A program made the position numbers and the translations under genes. From IMG/VR virus record IMGVR_UViG_3300030202_001666, positions 393-64,392 of that record: a stretch of 64,000 bases of DNA; one strand, written 5' to 3'. The notes beneath the pieces were generated by a model. It was not told the origin of the DNA. It saw only the letters and a list, made by a program, of their open reading frames with translations, and did no database searches. The stretch is from a virus (Duplodnaviria; Caudoviricetes). This document shows positions 21,119-31,359 of this stretch, one piece after another; positions within the stretch are counted from its first letter, which is position 1, and every line of letters begins with the position of its first letter.

Positions 21119-21681
21119 AATACCATCGTTATATTATTAGTAAACATACGATACAAAACCTCATCATCTATTATAAACTCATATTCTGATTCTGGTTGAA
21201 AAGAAATAGTATCTCCAATTTTTAAACCTAAATCTTCTAATTGTTTATTTATATATTTTATTTCACCCATCAAAGGCTCTACGCTTCCTCCTTTTTTTAA
21301 AAAAGAATCTTTCTTAGGAATAGGTTTTATAAAACAATATTTATCATATCCTCTCCATTCATCATCTCTTTTATATAAATAAAATTGATCTGGATCGATA
21401 AAAAATAAATCTTCTCTAAAAAAACTTTTACCACTTTTTCTTCTACCATACATATCGTTATAAAATTTAAATACGTTATGGTGAACAACTAATGTATCTC
21501 CTTCTTTTACTTCGCCTTTATAATTAATTGGCAATGATATAACTTTAGCAAATCTATTAGATGCTTTGTGGTTTTCTTCTGAAGTACTGGTAATAAAATC
21601 TATACCACCTATTTTAGTTGTATTATTGTACCTTCTGTTATCCAAAGGTTTAACAATAAAAGAATAGGGAGACTGCATCAA
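21115..21681 (-). CDS. GroES-like protein with two tandem GroES-type domains
   Basis: FIVKP...GGI...AKVISLP...VKEGDTLVV, then a second FIKP...GEIKY...LKIGDTISF...YEF.IDDEVLYRM repeat. Confidence 0.65.
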   Translation of the reverse strand: MMQSPYSFIVKPLDNRRYNNTTKIGGIDFITSTSEENHKASNRFAKVISLPINYKGEVKEGDTLVVHHNVFKFYNDMYGRRKSGKSFFREDLFFIDPDQFYLYKRDDEWRGYDKYCFIKPIPKKDSFLKKGGSVEPLMGEIKYINKQLEDLGLKIGDTISFQPESEYEFIIDDEVLYRMFTNNITMVL

Positions 21682-21902
21682 AAGTTTATATTATACTCTA
21701 AAGATATTGGGAGGGTTAATTTAAATTCTTTCCAAAGTAAAATCTCTTCACCTTGTTGTATCCAGATTTTATAGGATTTATCTTTTGCGTCTTCTTGAAT
21801 TAAGTGAATAGCGTATTTACCTCCTAATACTTCTTGTCCAACTATATAGTGCATAGCCCCAGACTTATAGTCTGCACCTATGGAAATCTTTCTTATGTCC
21901 AT
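21678..21902 (-). CDS. hypothetical protein
   Basis: 74 aa, translationally coupled (ATGA overlap). Confidence 0.6.
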   Translation of the reverse strand: MDIRKISIGADYKSGAMHYIVGQEVLGGKYAIHLIQEDAKDKSYKIWIQQGEEILLWKEFKLTLPISLEYNINF

Positions 21903-21912
21903 TTAATTTAAA

Positions 21913-22461
21913 TTAAAAGTTTGGCCCTAAATCTAATACTCTATATAGAATATTAAAATATGCAGTTCCATTACCTTGAGTTACAGTTCCTGGTTGTGCT
22001 AATGTTAAAGCAGCATCATCTGGAACATCATAAAACGTACCTACTGTATTGCCAAGGTGTAATGCTTGATCAGTTGCCATATTGAAACCAGGGAATGAAC
22101 CACTTGAAGGAACAATTGTAATTCCAGAAGCAGCACCAGCAATTTGTATTGTTGAAGGCAAACTAAAATCATAAGCCACAGTTCCTGCATCCATATAGAA
22201 CATTATTTCTAATATGTTTAAAACTTTACCTTTCCCTGGACTATCTATTAAATTAATAGTTTGAGAAGGAAGATTTAATAATTTTGCAGAATTAACCTCA
22301 ACATGAGCAGCCAGCATTGTGCTACCAAATAAACCTTGCAGTGCTCCTAATGTACAAGATTTTGTTTTTAACTGATTTTCTTTGTCAGTTAAGATAACAT
22401 AATCATTAACATCAGGGTTAACTATTTGTGGATACGCTGAGGTGTTGCTTATTTTTGCCAT
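21913..22461 (-). CDS. putative tail fibre/spike accessory protein
   Basis: its domain resembles the C-terminus of fibre 23099..26566 (LIDSPGKGKVL vs LIAAPGANSVL). Confidence 0.5.
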   Translation of the reverse strand: MAKISNTSAYPQIVNPDVNDYVILTDKENQLKTKSCTLGALQGLFGSTMLAAHVEVNSAKLLNLPSQTINLIDSPGKGKVLNILEIMFYMDAGTVAYDFSLPSTIQIAGAASGITIVPSSGSFPGFNMATDQALHLGNTVGTFYDVPDDAALTLAQPGTVTQGNGTAYFNILYRVLDLGPNF

Positions 22462-22718
22462 TATTTTTCTTCTTTTATTTCTTCTTCTTCTGGTGGATCT
22501 TTAACTTCACCAGTTTGTAAATCTATTATTGCATTTTTTCCGTAAACTTTCGTCAACTCATCTTCCGATACTCTGAAGTCGGCTCTAATTCCTTCAATAC
22601 TTTTCCATTGTGCAAAGGCTTGAAGTACTGCGTCTGCTAAGGAAAGTTTTGCATTCACAAACTTTTGATTAAGTCCTTGAATGTTTTCTAATTCTTCTTT
22701 TTTTAATTTTTTTGACAT
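22461..22718 (-). CDS. hypothetical coiled-coil protein
   Basis: 85 aa, ends YG...IDLQTGE. Confidence 0.55.
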   Translation of the reverse strand: MSKKLKKEELENIQGLNQKFVNAKLSLADAVLQAFAQWKSIEGIRADFRVSEDELTKVYGKNAIIDLQTGEVKDPPEEEEIKEEK

Positions 22719-22748
22719 TTCATTTAATTTTAATTGTTATACTTAGTA

Positions 22749-22756
22749 CAAATATA
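22749..22756 (-). promoter_or_regulatory. -7 promoter element TATATTTG for the packaging operon
   Basis: TAnnTTTG match in the intergenic gap. Confidence 0.55.
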
Positions 22757-22773
22757 GTAAATTAATCCCACTA

Positions 22774-23085
22774 TTAATTTGAAAACAACAACTCTTCATC
22801 GTTGTCTGCTTTTTGTTCTGCTACATGTGTTTCACATATAGATACAATTCTATCAGTATCATTTTTAATCCAACCTAATACGGTATCTTTAAATGCATCC
22901 GAATCTTCCCATTCAACAAAATTATCTTTATCAAAAGTTAGATTACTAAAGCCACCCATTGAGTGAGCAAATTCACCATCTGCCGATTCTACTACCCAAT
23001 GAACTTCTTGAATCACATGATCCTTTCCTTCAAAAGTTTTTAATGCTTTTAAAGATATTATTTTTACATTACTTACTATTGCCAT
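22774..23085 (-). CDS. putative tail fibre assembly/chaperone protein
   Basis: small acidic protein right after the fibre gene; VI.EVHW...FVEW...VLGW pattern. Confidence 0.5.
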   Translation of the reverse strand: MAIVSNVKIISLKALKTFEGKDHVIQEVHWVVESADGEFAHSMGGFSNLTFDKDNFVEWEDSDAFKDTVLGWIKNDTDRIVSICETHVAEQKADNDEELLFSN

Positions 23086-23098
23086 AATTATTAATTTA

Positions 23099-26000
23099 TT
23101 AAGTTACAGTTGTGTCTACATTATTTACAAATCCTGCAGTTACATTTATTTTTAAATATTCTATTCTTATATACCAGTCCATAGTGGCATTACTTATATT
23201 AGAAGCAGTTTTAAATCTTAAAGGTTGGTTTTTTAAACCATCCCACCTTACATTTGGATTTTCATTAATAGTAGGAAGTGGTACGGGTCTGCCCCAAAAC
23301 CACTCATTTGCAGCACCACAAACTCCACCCGCCATAACAGCTATAATTCTTCTCGATGCTTGTGCACAATTTCCACTGGTACAAAAATAAAATGAAGCAC
23401 CATTAGTCGTTCCAGTAGTCCATCCAGTACCAGGTTGTCCAGTGCCTCTATACATAAATATATTTGTTGGCCAAAGGACACTATTAGCTCCTGGTGCGGC
23501 TATAAGTATTTTACCACTATCACCATGAGCATCATTTAAAGCTGAAGCAGATAGTTTTACTGTTACTATTCTTTTGTCTTGTACTACTTTACCACCACTT
23601 CCAAATGCAGCACTAAACTTAGGTTGGTTTGCTGCGTCAGTTATACCAAAGTAATTTCCAGAAGAACCACCATAATTACCCATCTTAACATACTTACCAC
23701 CTGCAGCGCCATTACCATCAACATATAAATTTTGTTCTGAAGTGTTTCCAACATTTAATTGGTTTCTAACCCTCATCGTTCCATTAACATCGAATGCAGC
23801 ACCTGGGCTCGTTGTTCTAAATCCAACTTTTCGATTAGTAGTATCTAAATATAATGTTGAATTATTAGAAGCATCAAGACCTAATTGTATCACACTTCCA
23901 GTATCTGATATTTCAGAATTACCTATTGCAGAAGAGCTACTCCATTTAGAGAGGAAGTTAGTAGTTCCACTTCCAGTAACTCCACCACCACTTCCACTTG
24001 ATGCGGCAGTTATTCTACCTTTAGCGTCTACAGTTATATTTGCATTTGTAAATGAACCTACATTGGAATTAACCGTAGCCATAGTTAAAATTACTGACTG
24101 ACCAAGTTGTGCAGTACCACTAACATCACCTCCACCAGCAGAAAATTGCCAACCACCAACAAAGTCATAGATTTGATCTCCTGTTGCAAGTTTAGAACCA
24201 CCATTAGTTACAGCGGCAGTGTCAGCACTTATAGTTGGTGAAGTCCCACCTGAAGAAAGTATTGGTGCAGTTGCACCTACACTCGTTACTGTACCAGTGT
24301 TAGTTGTATATCCAGCTCCATTTGTAAGCTGGTTATTGTTTGTAATACCATTATTAATAGTTATAGTATTACTTGATCTTGATGTAGTAATGTTAGTACC
24401 TCCAGCAATATCTACAGTTTCACCATTTGTAATAGAGGTTGAGCCTCCTGAATCTCCTTGTAAATTCCAACTCGACATAGAACCACCTGAAGATGTTACA
24501 TACCCCGCATCATTAGTCCACTGCGAAATATTTCCACTTTTATTAGTAAAAGTTTGTGTATTAGAAGCGGTAGTTGTTCCAGTGTTAGTAGTATAGCCAG
24601 CACCATTAGTAAGTTGAGTATTGTTTGTTATCTCATTATTTATGGTTATAGTGTTGCCAGATCGAGCTGTATTTATATTCGTTCCTCCCGCAAAATCTAC
24701 TGTCTCAGCATCATCAATAGTAGCTGTCCCGCCATTATCAGCTGTAGCTTTCCAATTAGACATAGAGCCAGCTGAAGTTAAATACCCAGAATCGTTTGTC
24801 CATTGTGATATGTTACCAGACTTGTTTGTAAATGTTTGGGTGTTACTTGCTGTAGTTGTTCCAGTGTTGGTTGTATATCCAGCCCCATTAGTTAATTGGT
24901 TGTTGTTTGTTACACCATTAGTTATAGTAATTTTATTTCCACTACGAGCTGTAGTTATATTTGTTCCACCTTCAAAATCAACAGTTTCATTACTTGTGAT
25001 ACTTGTTGAACCACCAGAATCTGCCGTCAAATTCCAATTTGTCATACCTGCACCTGAAGATGTTATATATCCAGAATCGTTAGTCCACTGAGAAATGTTT
25101 CCAGACTTATTAGTAAATGTCTGCGTATTAGAAGCTGTTGTAGTACCAGTGTTGGTAGTGTAACCTGCTCCATTAGTAAGCTGATTGTTATTTGTTATCT
25201 CACAATTTATAGTTATTGTGTTACCTGATCGAGCAGTGTTTACAGCTGTACCACCTGCAAAATCAACTGTTTCTGCATTATCAATTTGTGCTGTACCACC
25301 ATTGTCGGCAGTAGCATTCCAACTTGACATTGTTCCACTCCCCGCGATTGCAGCATCAATAGCTGTTTGTATTTGACTACCTAAAGCTAACTTTGATGAG
25401 CCACTACTTACAGCGGCAGTATCTACACTAACAGTTGGTGTTGCTCCTGCAGTTACTTGAACTGGTGCAGTCCCACTTACATTAGTTACTCCTGAACTGG
25501 TTACATAACCTTGACCGTTTGTTAATTGATTATTGTTTGTTATACCGTTATTTATAGTAACGGTTGCTCCAGATCGTACTGTTGTAATATTAGTTCCCCC
25601 AGCTATATCTACTGTCTCAGCGTTTGAAATAGTTTCGCTTCCCCCACTATCTGCCGTTAGAGTCCAACTTGACATTGAGCCAGAAGGGTGAGCATCAACA
25701 TATGCTTTATTAGCTGCATCAGTAGAAGCACTTACAGTATCTATACCTTGTATTCTACCATTACCACTAAATGTAATATCATCTACTAAACTTATTCCAC
25801 TTCCTTGTACATCAAGGTCGCCAGATAATGTTGTTGTTCCACCTCCAGTTTGTGTTACAGCATTTTGAAATGTTGTTACACCAGTAAATGTTTTGTTACC
25901 AACTATGGTTTGATTAGTAGTTGTACGAACTATACCTGCATCAGAAGCGAATTGGGACTTTGTTCTTTTTTGTACTACGCCATTAGCATCTAATCCCCAA

Positions 26001-26566
26001 AATTGAGTAATTGGACTTGAGCCTAAAGTACCAGTAAATTTTAATGTATTTGCTTTAGAAACAATTGCACTGTCTTGGATTTGGAGGTATGTATCCCCCA
26101 TAACCAATATGTCAACATTTTCTACTAAATCATCTTGAGCAACATCACCTAATTGTAGGTTATGTCCACTGGCAAGAGGGGCGGAGTAAGTAACGTTATT
26201 AAATCCAATAACATCTACCGCGGTAGTAGTGCCTGGGGCATCCATCTTTATAAGTCTACCTTCTATATCAAGATAGTTTCCTACAGTTAGATAGCCACCT
26301 TGAACAATTACATTTTGTGTATATGATGTAGGAGCTCCGAAATAAACAGTACCACCTGAAGTAGTTCCGTTGTTAATCATCAAAAGATGTGAAGATCCAG
26401 ATTCGTTTACAAATATCTGTCCTTTATTCGCATTTAAACTATCATATAAACTGATAGCATTTTGTCGAATTTTGGAATAACTGGCAGTACCGCTTCCTAC
26501 GATTAATTCTGCCTGTACTTGAAGATCATCATTAATGTTTCCATCTGATAAAAATTGTATTGCCAT
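23099..26566 (-). CDS. long tail fibre with internal tandem repeats
   Basis: 1155 aa Thr/Gly/Asn/Ser-rich; ITVDAKGRITAAS and VGFRTTSP fibre motifs. Confidence 0.8.
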   Translation of the reverse strand: MAIQFLSDGNINDDLQVQAELIVGSGTASYSKIRQNAISLYDSLNANKGQIFVNESGSSHLLMINNGTTSGGTVYFGAPTSYTQNVIVQGGYLTVGNYLDIEGRLIKMDAPGTTTAVDVIGFNNVTYSAPLASGHNLQLGDVAQDDLVENVDILVMGDTYLQIQDSAIVSKANTLKFTGTLGSSPITQFWGLDANGVVQKRTKSQFASDAGIVRTTTNQTIVGNKTFTGVTTFQNAVTQTGGGTTTLSGDLDVQGSGISLVDDITFSGNGRIQGIDTVSASTDAANKAYVDAHPSGSMSSWTLTADSGGSETISNAETVDIAGGTNITTVRSGATVTINNGITNNNQLTNGQGYVTSSGVTNVSGTAPVQVTAGATPTVSVDTAAVSSGSSKLALGSQIQTAIDAAIAGSGTMSSWNATADNGGTAQIDNAETVDFAGGTAVNTARSGNTITINCEITNNNQLTNGAGYTTNTGTTTASNTQTFTNKSGNISQWTNDSGYITSSGAGMTNWNLTADSGGSTSITSNETVDFEGGTNITTARSGNKITITNGVTNNNQLTNGAGYTTNTGTTTASNTQTFTNKSGNISQWTNDSGYLTSAGSMSNWKATADNGGTATIDDAETVDFAGGTNINTARSGNTITINNEITNNTQLTNGAGYTTNTGTTTASNTQTFTNKSGNISQWTNDAGYVTSSGGSMSSWNLQGDSGGSTSITNGETVDIAGGTNITTSRSSNTITINNGITNNNQLTNGAGYTTNTGTVTSVGATAPILSSGGTSPTISADTAAVTNGGSKLATGDQIYDFVGGWQFSAGGGDVSGTAQLGQSVILTMATVNSNVGSFTNANITVDAKGRITAASSGSGGGVTGSGTTNFLSKWSSSSAIGNSEISDTGSVIQLGLDASNNSTLYLDTTNRKVGFRTTSPGAAFDVNGTMRVRNQLNVGNTSEQNLYVDGNGAAGGKYVKMGNYGGSSGNYFGITDAANQPKFSAAFGSGGKVVQDKRIVTVKLSASALNDAHGDSGKILIAAPGANSVLWPTNIFMYRGTGQPGTGWTTGTTNGASFYFCTSGNCAQASRRIIAVMAGGVCGAANEWFWGRPVPLPTINENPNVRWDGLKNQPLRFKTASNISNATMDWYIRIEYLKINVTAGFVNNVDTTVT
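24290..25680 (-). repeat. five in-frame coding repeats (units 282-345 bp) in the tail fibre
   Basis: M(S/T)(S/N)W...ADSGG...ETVD.AGGTNI.T.RSG...ITNNNQLTNGAGY units start at 25675, 25330, 25045, 24763 and 24478. Confidence 0.9.
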
Positions 26567-26578
26567 ACTAAATTAAAT

Positions 26579-28921
26579 TTATGACACCTTCGTAATCAAT
26601 ATTCTTATTGAATTTGCACCAGGTGCTGTTGTAAACTTGACTGTAACTTGAGCAGCTGTGTTTCTTTCTACATCTGCATAAACAGTCTCATAAGAAGTTA
26701 AGTCATAAAGTTGAACCATTACATCTCTTGTAGCTAAACCATGGTTTACTGCAATCGAAGTTGCTCCTCCTATATCTGCTGCATATTGTTCGTTAGAAGC
26801 TATACATGTGCTAACCGCAGTACAGAAGTCACTAACTTGTGATGCTGTGATATCAATATCTTGTTCAGATGCTGCCGTTGTTATACCGTCATCATCAAGA
26901 GTAAGTGATACTGTTTTTGATGCTGATCCATAACTACCACTGGTGCTTCGAGTAATTAACTGCACCCAACCATTTGAACTAACAGTAAAGTTATCATTGT
27001 CAAATCCTGCAACACCTTTAGTGGTTGCTCCATCAGTTGCACCAGATCCTGCAATACTTTGTCCAGATTGTACAATAGTAAATAATGAGTTTGCTGGATT
27101 ACTATTTGCAGCAATAGCTGTATTAGCAAAAATTAAATCTCCTGGTTCTAAAGCTGTACCTAATTGAGTTCCTGCAACTGTTACTGCATAGAAATCTCCT
27201 AATGCAGTAGCAATGTTACTTGCTCCATTAATAGCTCCATTTGGTGACAAGTCAGTTGTTTGACCTGTACTTGCATTATATCCTCCTCTAAATAAACTCG
27301 AGCCTGATACTAAAGCCTCTACTTGTCCTAAATTCACACCATCAGTAGCATTCGAACCGTTTGCTACATTTGTTAGTACTTGTGATCCAATACTTAATGC
27401 GGCGGTTGGTGCTCCAAAGTCATTCAAGTGAGCATCAGATACATATATTTTTTGATTTATTTGATTATTTGAATCATAATAAACAAGCATGTCTGTATCT
27501 GGATCATCAAATGCACTTGCAGTTTGAATTTTAGCAAGATCTAAATTAACTTTTAAAATATCTGTATTAGTTCCTACAGTAGCAATACCAGCTTGTGCCG
27601 CATCTTGTGCTTGTCCTTCAATAGTTGCTGTATTAGTTGAGCCAATTGTTTGGTTTGTACCAGAATTTCCAGCTAATGTCCATGATCCGTAATTGTCTGC
27701 ACCTATATATGTTTTTAATTGTGATGCTGTAACTCTTACTACAGCAGTAGCCGCAGATGATGCATTTATATCTTGTAATAGTATTAAATCACCATCAGCT
27801 ATTGTAACCGAAGCACCAGAAGTTGCGTCTGCAATAATTCCTGTTGCAGAATAATCAACAGCCACTGTAGCAGTTTCACCCGCTGTAGTTACTTTAATAC
27901 CAGAGCCTTGGTTTATAGTTGTTATTGGATCAATGTAAGTTTTAAGATCACTAAGAGATATTTGCTTGTTTTTTGTTGCATCTAAATCATAGATTAAAAG
28001 CAAATCACCATCAGCTCCAGTGCCTAATGAGGTTTGACCTACTATATCTACACCGACCTCAGGGATTGGTCCACTTTGATTAGCTATTGTAATACCCAGT
28101 TTAGCGTCAGCAGTAGAAGGGATTACAGATGTAACATCTCCTTGGGGTGCAGCTGCTAAAAGATTAGCAACTGTAATTTTTTTGTTTGTTGTAGTATCTA
28201 AATCATAAATAAGAAGCGAATCACCAGTGGCTGCGGTAGCTAAAGCTGTTTGTCCTACAATATCAAGACCTACTTTAGGAATAGGTCCAGTACCACTGGT
28301 AACTTTAATACCTAATTCTTCACTAACAGTTGCTGCCCCAACTTCAGTAATATCTCCTTGTGGTGCTAAATCAGCAATGCTTTGAGCAGTTACTTTTTTA
28401 ATAGCGTTGGCATCATTAACATCTGCGATAGCAATAAAATCGTTAGCAGCTACAGTCCCCGCAGTAAAACTACCAATAGGGAATCCTATTTCAAGAGTAT
28501 CAGTGTTTTTACCTTCTGTAGTAATACCAAAGACTCCACTAAATGTAGCAGTGTCGCCATCATCTATATCTTGATTAGTTCCAGTGTCACCAGCAAGAAC
28601 CCATTTAGTATAGCTACTTCCTGAAGCAGAAATTGTAATTGTTCCATCAGGATTAGAAACTGTAGATACACCTGATCCACCTACAAGTGAAAGAGTTTCA
28701 CCGTTTGTTATTGTGGTAGTTGCGGTATTAGTGTCGGCAGAAACGGTAAAGCTACTCATTGTGCCCGCACCTATGTCTGTTAAGATTTCAGCTTTTGTTC
28801 TTCTTTCAATTAATCCTGATGTTGATACTAATATACCATCATATCCATCGTTAGCATCAGCGTTAATTGTTGCGGTTACTGTACCATCTATATTAAGTGC
28901 GTTTAAAAATTGTATTGCCAT
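26579..28921 (-). CDS. tail fibre/spike protein
   Basis: 780 aa Ala/Thr/Gly-rich with D.LLIYDLD...NKKIT repeats; same MAIQFL N-terminus as the next fibre. Confidence 0.75.
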   Translation of the reverse strand: MAIQFLNALNIDGTVTATINADANDGYDGILVSTSGLIERRTKAEILTDIGAGTMSSFTVSADTNTATTTITNGETLSLVGGSGVSTVSNPDGTITISASGSSYTKWVLAGDTGTNQDIDDGDTATFSGVFGITTEGKNTDTLEIGFPIGSFTAGTVAANDFIAIADVNDANAIKKVTAQSIADLAPQGDITEVGAATVSEELGIKVTSGTGPIPKVGLDIVGQTALATAATGDSLLIYDLDTTTNKKITVANLLAAAPQGDVTSVIPSTADAKLGITIANQSGPIPEVGVDIVGQTSLGTGADGDLLLIYDLDATKNKQISLSDLKTYIDPITTINQGSGIKVTTAGETATVAVDYSATGIIADATSGASVTIADGDLILLQDINASSAATAVVRVTASQLKTYIGADNYGSWTLAGNSGTNQTIGSTNTATIEGQAQDAAQAGIATVGTNTDILKVNLDLAKIQTASAFDDPDTDMLVYYDSNNQINQKIYVSDAHLNDFGAPTAALSIGSQVLTNVANGSNATDGVNLGQVEALVSGSSLFRGGYNASTGQTTDLSPNGAINGASNIATALGDFYAVTVAGTQLGTALEPGDLIFANTAIAANSNPANSLFTIVQSGQSIAGSGATDGATTKGVAGFDNDNFTVSSNGWVQLITRSTSGSYGSASKTVSLTLDDDGITTAASEQDIDITASQVSDFCTAVSTCIASNEQYAADIGGATSIAVNHGLATRDVMVQLYDLTSYETVYADVERNTAAQVTVKFTTAPGANSIRILITKVS

Positions 28922-28937
28922 TTCTTTTTTATTTTTT

Positions 28938-29672
28938 TTAGTTAAATATTGCTACGCCAGTAAAATTACTTGTAAAATCTAATCGTACCTGGCTCACATT
29001 TAAATACGTTACTTTGCATTCAATCTCTTCAGTAGGTGCTGCGGTCGTCCCTAAACTTACACTTACGGATGGAAATTTATTTAGTCCGTGTGTCACCGTG
29101 TAACTATTGTTTCCAGTGAGTTGGGCACTTACTTCATTCTTATCCCCGCTACCACTACTATGATTTAGCAAAGATATAAAATAATCTTTATCTTCATTTA
29201 AGCTACCGTTACCCGCAACGTAAGTTAAATTCACTTCCCAAAACAACGGTTCACCCCCTTTAACATTGGCAGCCGTCCATGTGTATATAGCCCAATTTGT
29301 AATGTCATCACACTGGGTAAGTAATACTTGAGAACCTACCAATGGTGAGGTATACCAAGTTGATACATTTAATGACAACCCACCTTGATTTTCTGCATAC
29401 TGACTAAAAACAAGTTGAGTTATTCCAGATAATGATTGTGATACTGCTCCACCTCCAGGAAGAGTAATACTCATAGCTGGGCGTAACCCTACACCTTTTG
29501 TACTATATTGATATCTCAATAGTTGAGATTCTGCCCCTACTTTATTTATAAAGTTAGCGACATCTTGAGCTGTAAAGTTTTTGGTTTGAAAATCGTTTTG
29601 AGAATCCGATCCAATCCACTTATCAGCACCAACGACATTAGTATCATTAACGTATGTACTTATTCTTGCCAT
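28938..29672 (-). CDS. tail fibre adaptor/structural protein
   Basis: C-terminal TVTHGLNKFPSVSV domain similar to the C-terminus of 26579..28921. Confidence 0.55.
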   Translation of the reverse strand: MARISTYVNDTNVVGADKWIGSDSQNDFQTKNFTAQDVANFINKVGAESQLLRYQYSTKGVGLRPAMSITLPGGGAVSQSLSGITQLVFSQYAENQGGLSLNVSTWYTSPLVGSQVLLTQCDDITNWAIYTWTAANVKGGEPLFWEVNLTYVAGNGSLNEDKDYFISLLNHSSGSGDKNEVSAQLTGNNSYTVTHGLNKFPSVSVSLGTTAAPTEEIECKVTYLNVSQVRLDFTSNFTGVAIFN

Positions 29673-29675
29673 TAA

Positions 29676-30080
29676 TTATTTTTTTATTGATTTGCCTTTT
29701 TCATAACTACGTCCTCCGAAATATGCCGCGGTAATTGTAATAAGCAACATTTTCAAAAGTTCCTTCCATTCATCATCAACTGCAAAGTTAATAAATCCTG
29801 AGTCAATAAAGATAAGCACAACTGTGGATACAAATAAAAAAATTAAGGTTAGAGGTCTTACTGATTTTGACAACTTATTGTCCGATGCCATATCTGACTT
29901 CCACCTCTCAGTAACATTTTTTTGTTGCTCAGATTCTGCTTGTATAAAAATCTGAGTCATCTCTTTTTCAAACTGAGCCTTCTCATCTTTGGTTCTAACA
30001 AACTTATCTACCACGTTGGTTAGTTTATCTGCTACACCACCTGCAGCTCCTCCAAATATTTTAGCTAAAATTTCTTTCAT
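29676..30080 (-). CDS. holin (3TM/GTA-type holin family)
   Basis: RWKSDM.SD..LSKSVRP motif, two TM helices, AYFGGRSYEK end. Confidence 0.75.
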   Translation of the reverse strand: MKEILAKIFGGAAGGVADKLTNVVDKFVRTKDEKAQFEKEMTQIFIQAESEQQKNVTERWKSDMASDNKLSKSVRPLTLIFLFVSTVVLIFIDSGFINFAVDDEWKELLKMLLITITAAYFGGRSYEKGKSIKK

Positions 30081-30084
30081 AATA

Positions 30085-30366
30085 TTAACATTTCCATCTT
30101 CTTCGAGCTTGTCTTATTCTCGAATTAGGGTTATTTCTTGTTTTTGCACTACTTCTTTTTAACTGACCTAAACTTCTTGCACAATAAGACTTACGTCTTT
30201 TAGCAGATTTAGAACCTTTTTTTACTTTACCAGTAACAGCTCCTTTTAATTTTGAACCAGGATTAGCACGTCTATACGCAGCTATTCCTTTCTTGGTCAT
30301 TCCAGCTCCAGATTTTGTAGGTCGATAGTTTGCACCTTTTCCTTTTGTGGTTCTTCTTATTGCCAT
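30085..30366 (-). CDS. small highly basic protein
   Basis: 93 aa K/R-rich; GMTKKG...NPGSKL...RRKSYCARS...ARRRWKC. Confidence 0.7.
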   Translation of the reverse strand: MAIRRTTKGKGANYRPTKSGAGMTKKGIAAYRRANPGSKLKGAVTGKVKKGSKSAKRRKSYCARSLGQLKRSSAKTRNNPNSRIRQARRRWKC

Positions 30367-30596
30367 TATCTTACGCCTTTTACATTTCTAACAAACTGTT
30401 TTCCTTTAGCTCCTTCTCTTTTCTTTTTTTTTGCAGTAGCTCTAAGTTTACTTTTTGATAATCTTCTGGCTTTTGCTAATGGCAAACATCTATCTGGGTT
30501 CTTCTTGTTTTTAGAAGTACCACACTTGCCTTTGATTTTTCCATCAGTGCCTATTCGAACCCAATTCTGTTCACGCCATTTTTTTAATTCACCCAC
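30366..30596 (-). CDS. small basic protein
   Basis: LKKWREQNWV...CG...RCLP..KA; GTG start coupled to its neighbours. Confidence 0.7.
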   Translation of the reverse strand: MGELKKWREQNWVRIGTDGKIKGKCGTSKNKKNPDRCLPLAKARRLSKSKLRATAKKKKREGAKGKQFVRNVKGVR

Positions 30597-30802
30597 TACT
30601 TTTTCTTTTTCTTTTTTCTATTACTCATTTTGTTTAAGGCAACTTTCTTTGCAACTTTTTTAAAAACTTTTTTACCAATTTGAACAATGCCTTTACCCGC
30701 ACCTCCGACCAGTCCTAAACTACCAGAAGCTCCATATCTTTTTTTATGAGAAGCTGGAACAGGTAATATTTTACCTTTCGATTTTTTTTTAGGATACGCC
30801 AT
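30596..30802 (-). CDS. small basic protein
   Basis: K-rich, with an amphipathic IVQIGKKVFKKVAKKVAL helix. Confidence 0.6.
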   Translation of the reverse strand: MAYPKKKSKGKILPVPASHKKRYGASGSLGLVGGAGKGIVQIGKKVFKKVAKKVALNKMSNRKKKKKK

Positions 30803-31059
30803 TATTTGTTTGTTTTTATCTTAGTGCCTTTTGGTGTTTTTAATCCTTTTTTATTTTTTTGATAAAAACTAATTCTTGAATCTTTTTCAGCTTGAGCTTG
30901 TCTTCTTTTTCTTTTTTTACCAAGAACATTAGAAACATAAATACTATCACCTTTTGTTTTAGGTCTTCTCAAGCCGTACTCTTTAGTTATTCTTTTTATT
31001 TTAGAAGCACTAACAGATATTGGTTTTCTATGTGAACCGCCTTTACTTAATTTGCTCAT
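30802..31059 (-). CDS. small basic protein
   Basis: K/R-rich, coupled start/stop. Confidence 0.6.
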   Translation of the reverse strand: MSKLSKGGSHRKPISVSASKIKRITKEYGLRRPKTKGDSIYVSNVLGKKRKRRQAQAEKDSRISFYQKNKKGLKTPKGTKIKTNK

Positions 31060-31220
31060 TTTTTCTTTTTGTTTTTCATTTTTGCACCAGCTATTCTATC
31101 AGCCTTTGTGATGCCTGGGTTATTATCAATGCCAGCTTTTACACTTAACATACCAAACTTATCAATGTCTCGGTTTTTAAAACCTACACTATTATAATCT
31201 ACTTTTTTATTTTTTGCCAT
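31056..31220 (-). CDS. small basic protein (MAKNKKVDYN...KKKK, 54 aa)
   Basis: likely ATG at 31220 rather than 31304, because the upstream part is occupied by another ORF. Confidence 0.6.
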   Translation of the reverse strand: MAKNKKVDYNSVGFKNRDIDKFGMLSVKAGIDNNPGITKADRIAGAKMKNKKKK

Positions 31221-31359
31221 AATTAGGATCTTTACAATATTTACTTGCCGCCATATTTGCATAAGCTGACGGATACTTATCAAATGTTCTTTTAGCCCAA
31301 GCAATTCCCGCTGGACAAATTTTGTTTCCTTTTTTCTTTGCTCTACCTTTTTTTGCCAT
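31207..31359 (-). CDS. small basic protein missed by the ORF track (50 aa)
   Basis: hand translation MAKKGRAKKKGNKICPAGIAWAKRTFDKYPSAYANMAASKYCKDPNYGKK*. Confidence 0.7.
   Translation of the reverse strand: MAKKGRAKKKGNKICPAGIAWAKRTFDKYPSAYANMAASKYCKDPNYGKK

Noticed and set aside
24290-25680. Regularly spaced repeats as a possible CRISPR array or DGR template/variable repeat
   Set aside because: They are long in-frame coding repeats with synonymous changes; no spacers, cas genes or reverse transcriptase
23112-28982. Many plus-strand ORFs opposite the tail fibres
   Set aside because: Antisense shadows produced by Thr/Gly/Asn codon bias
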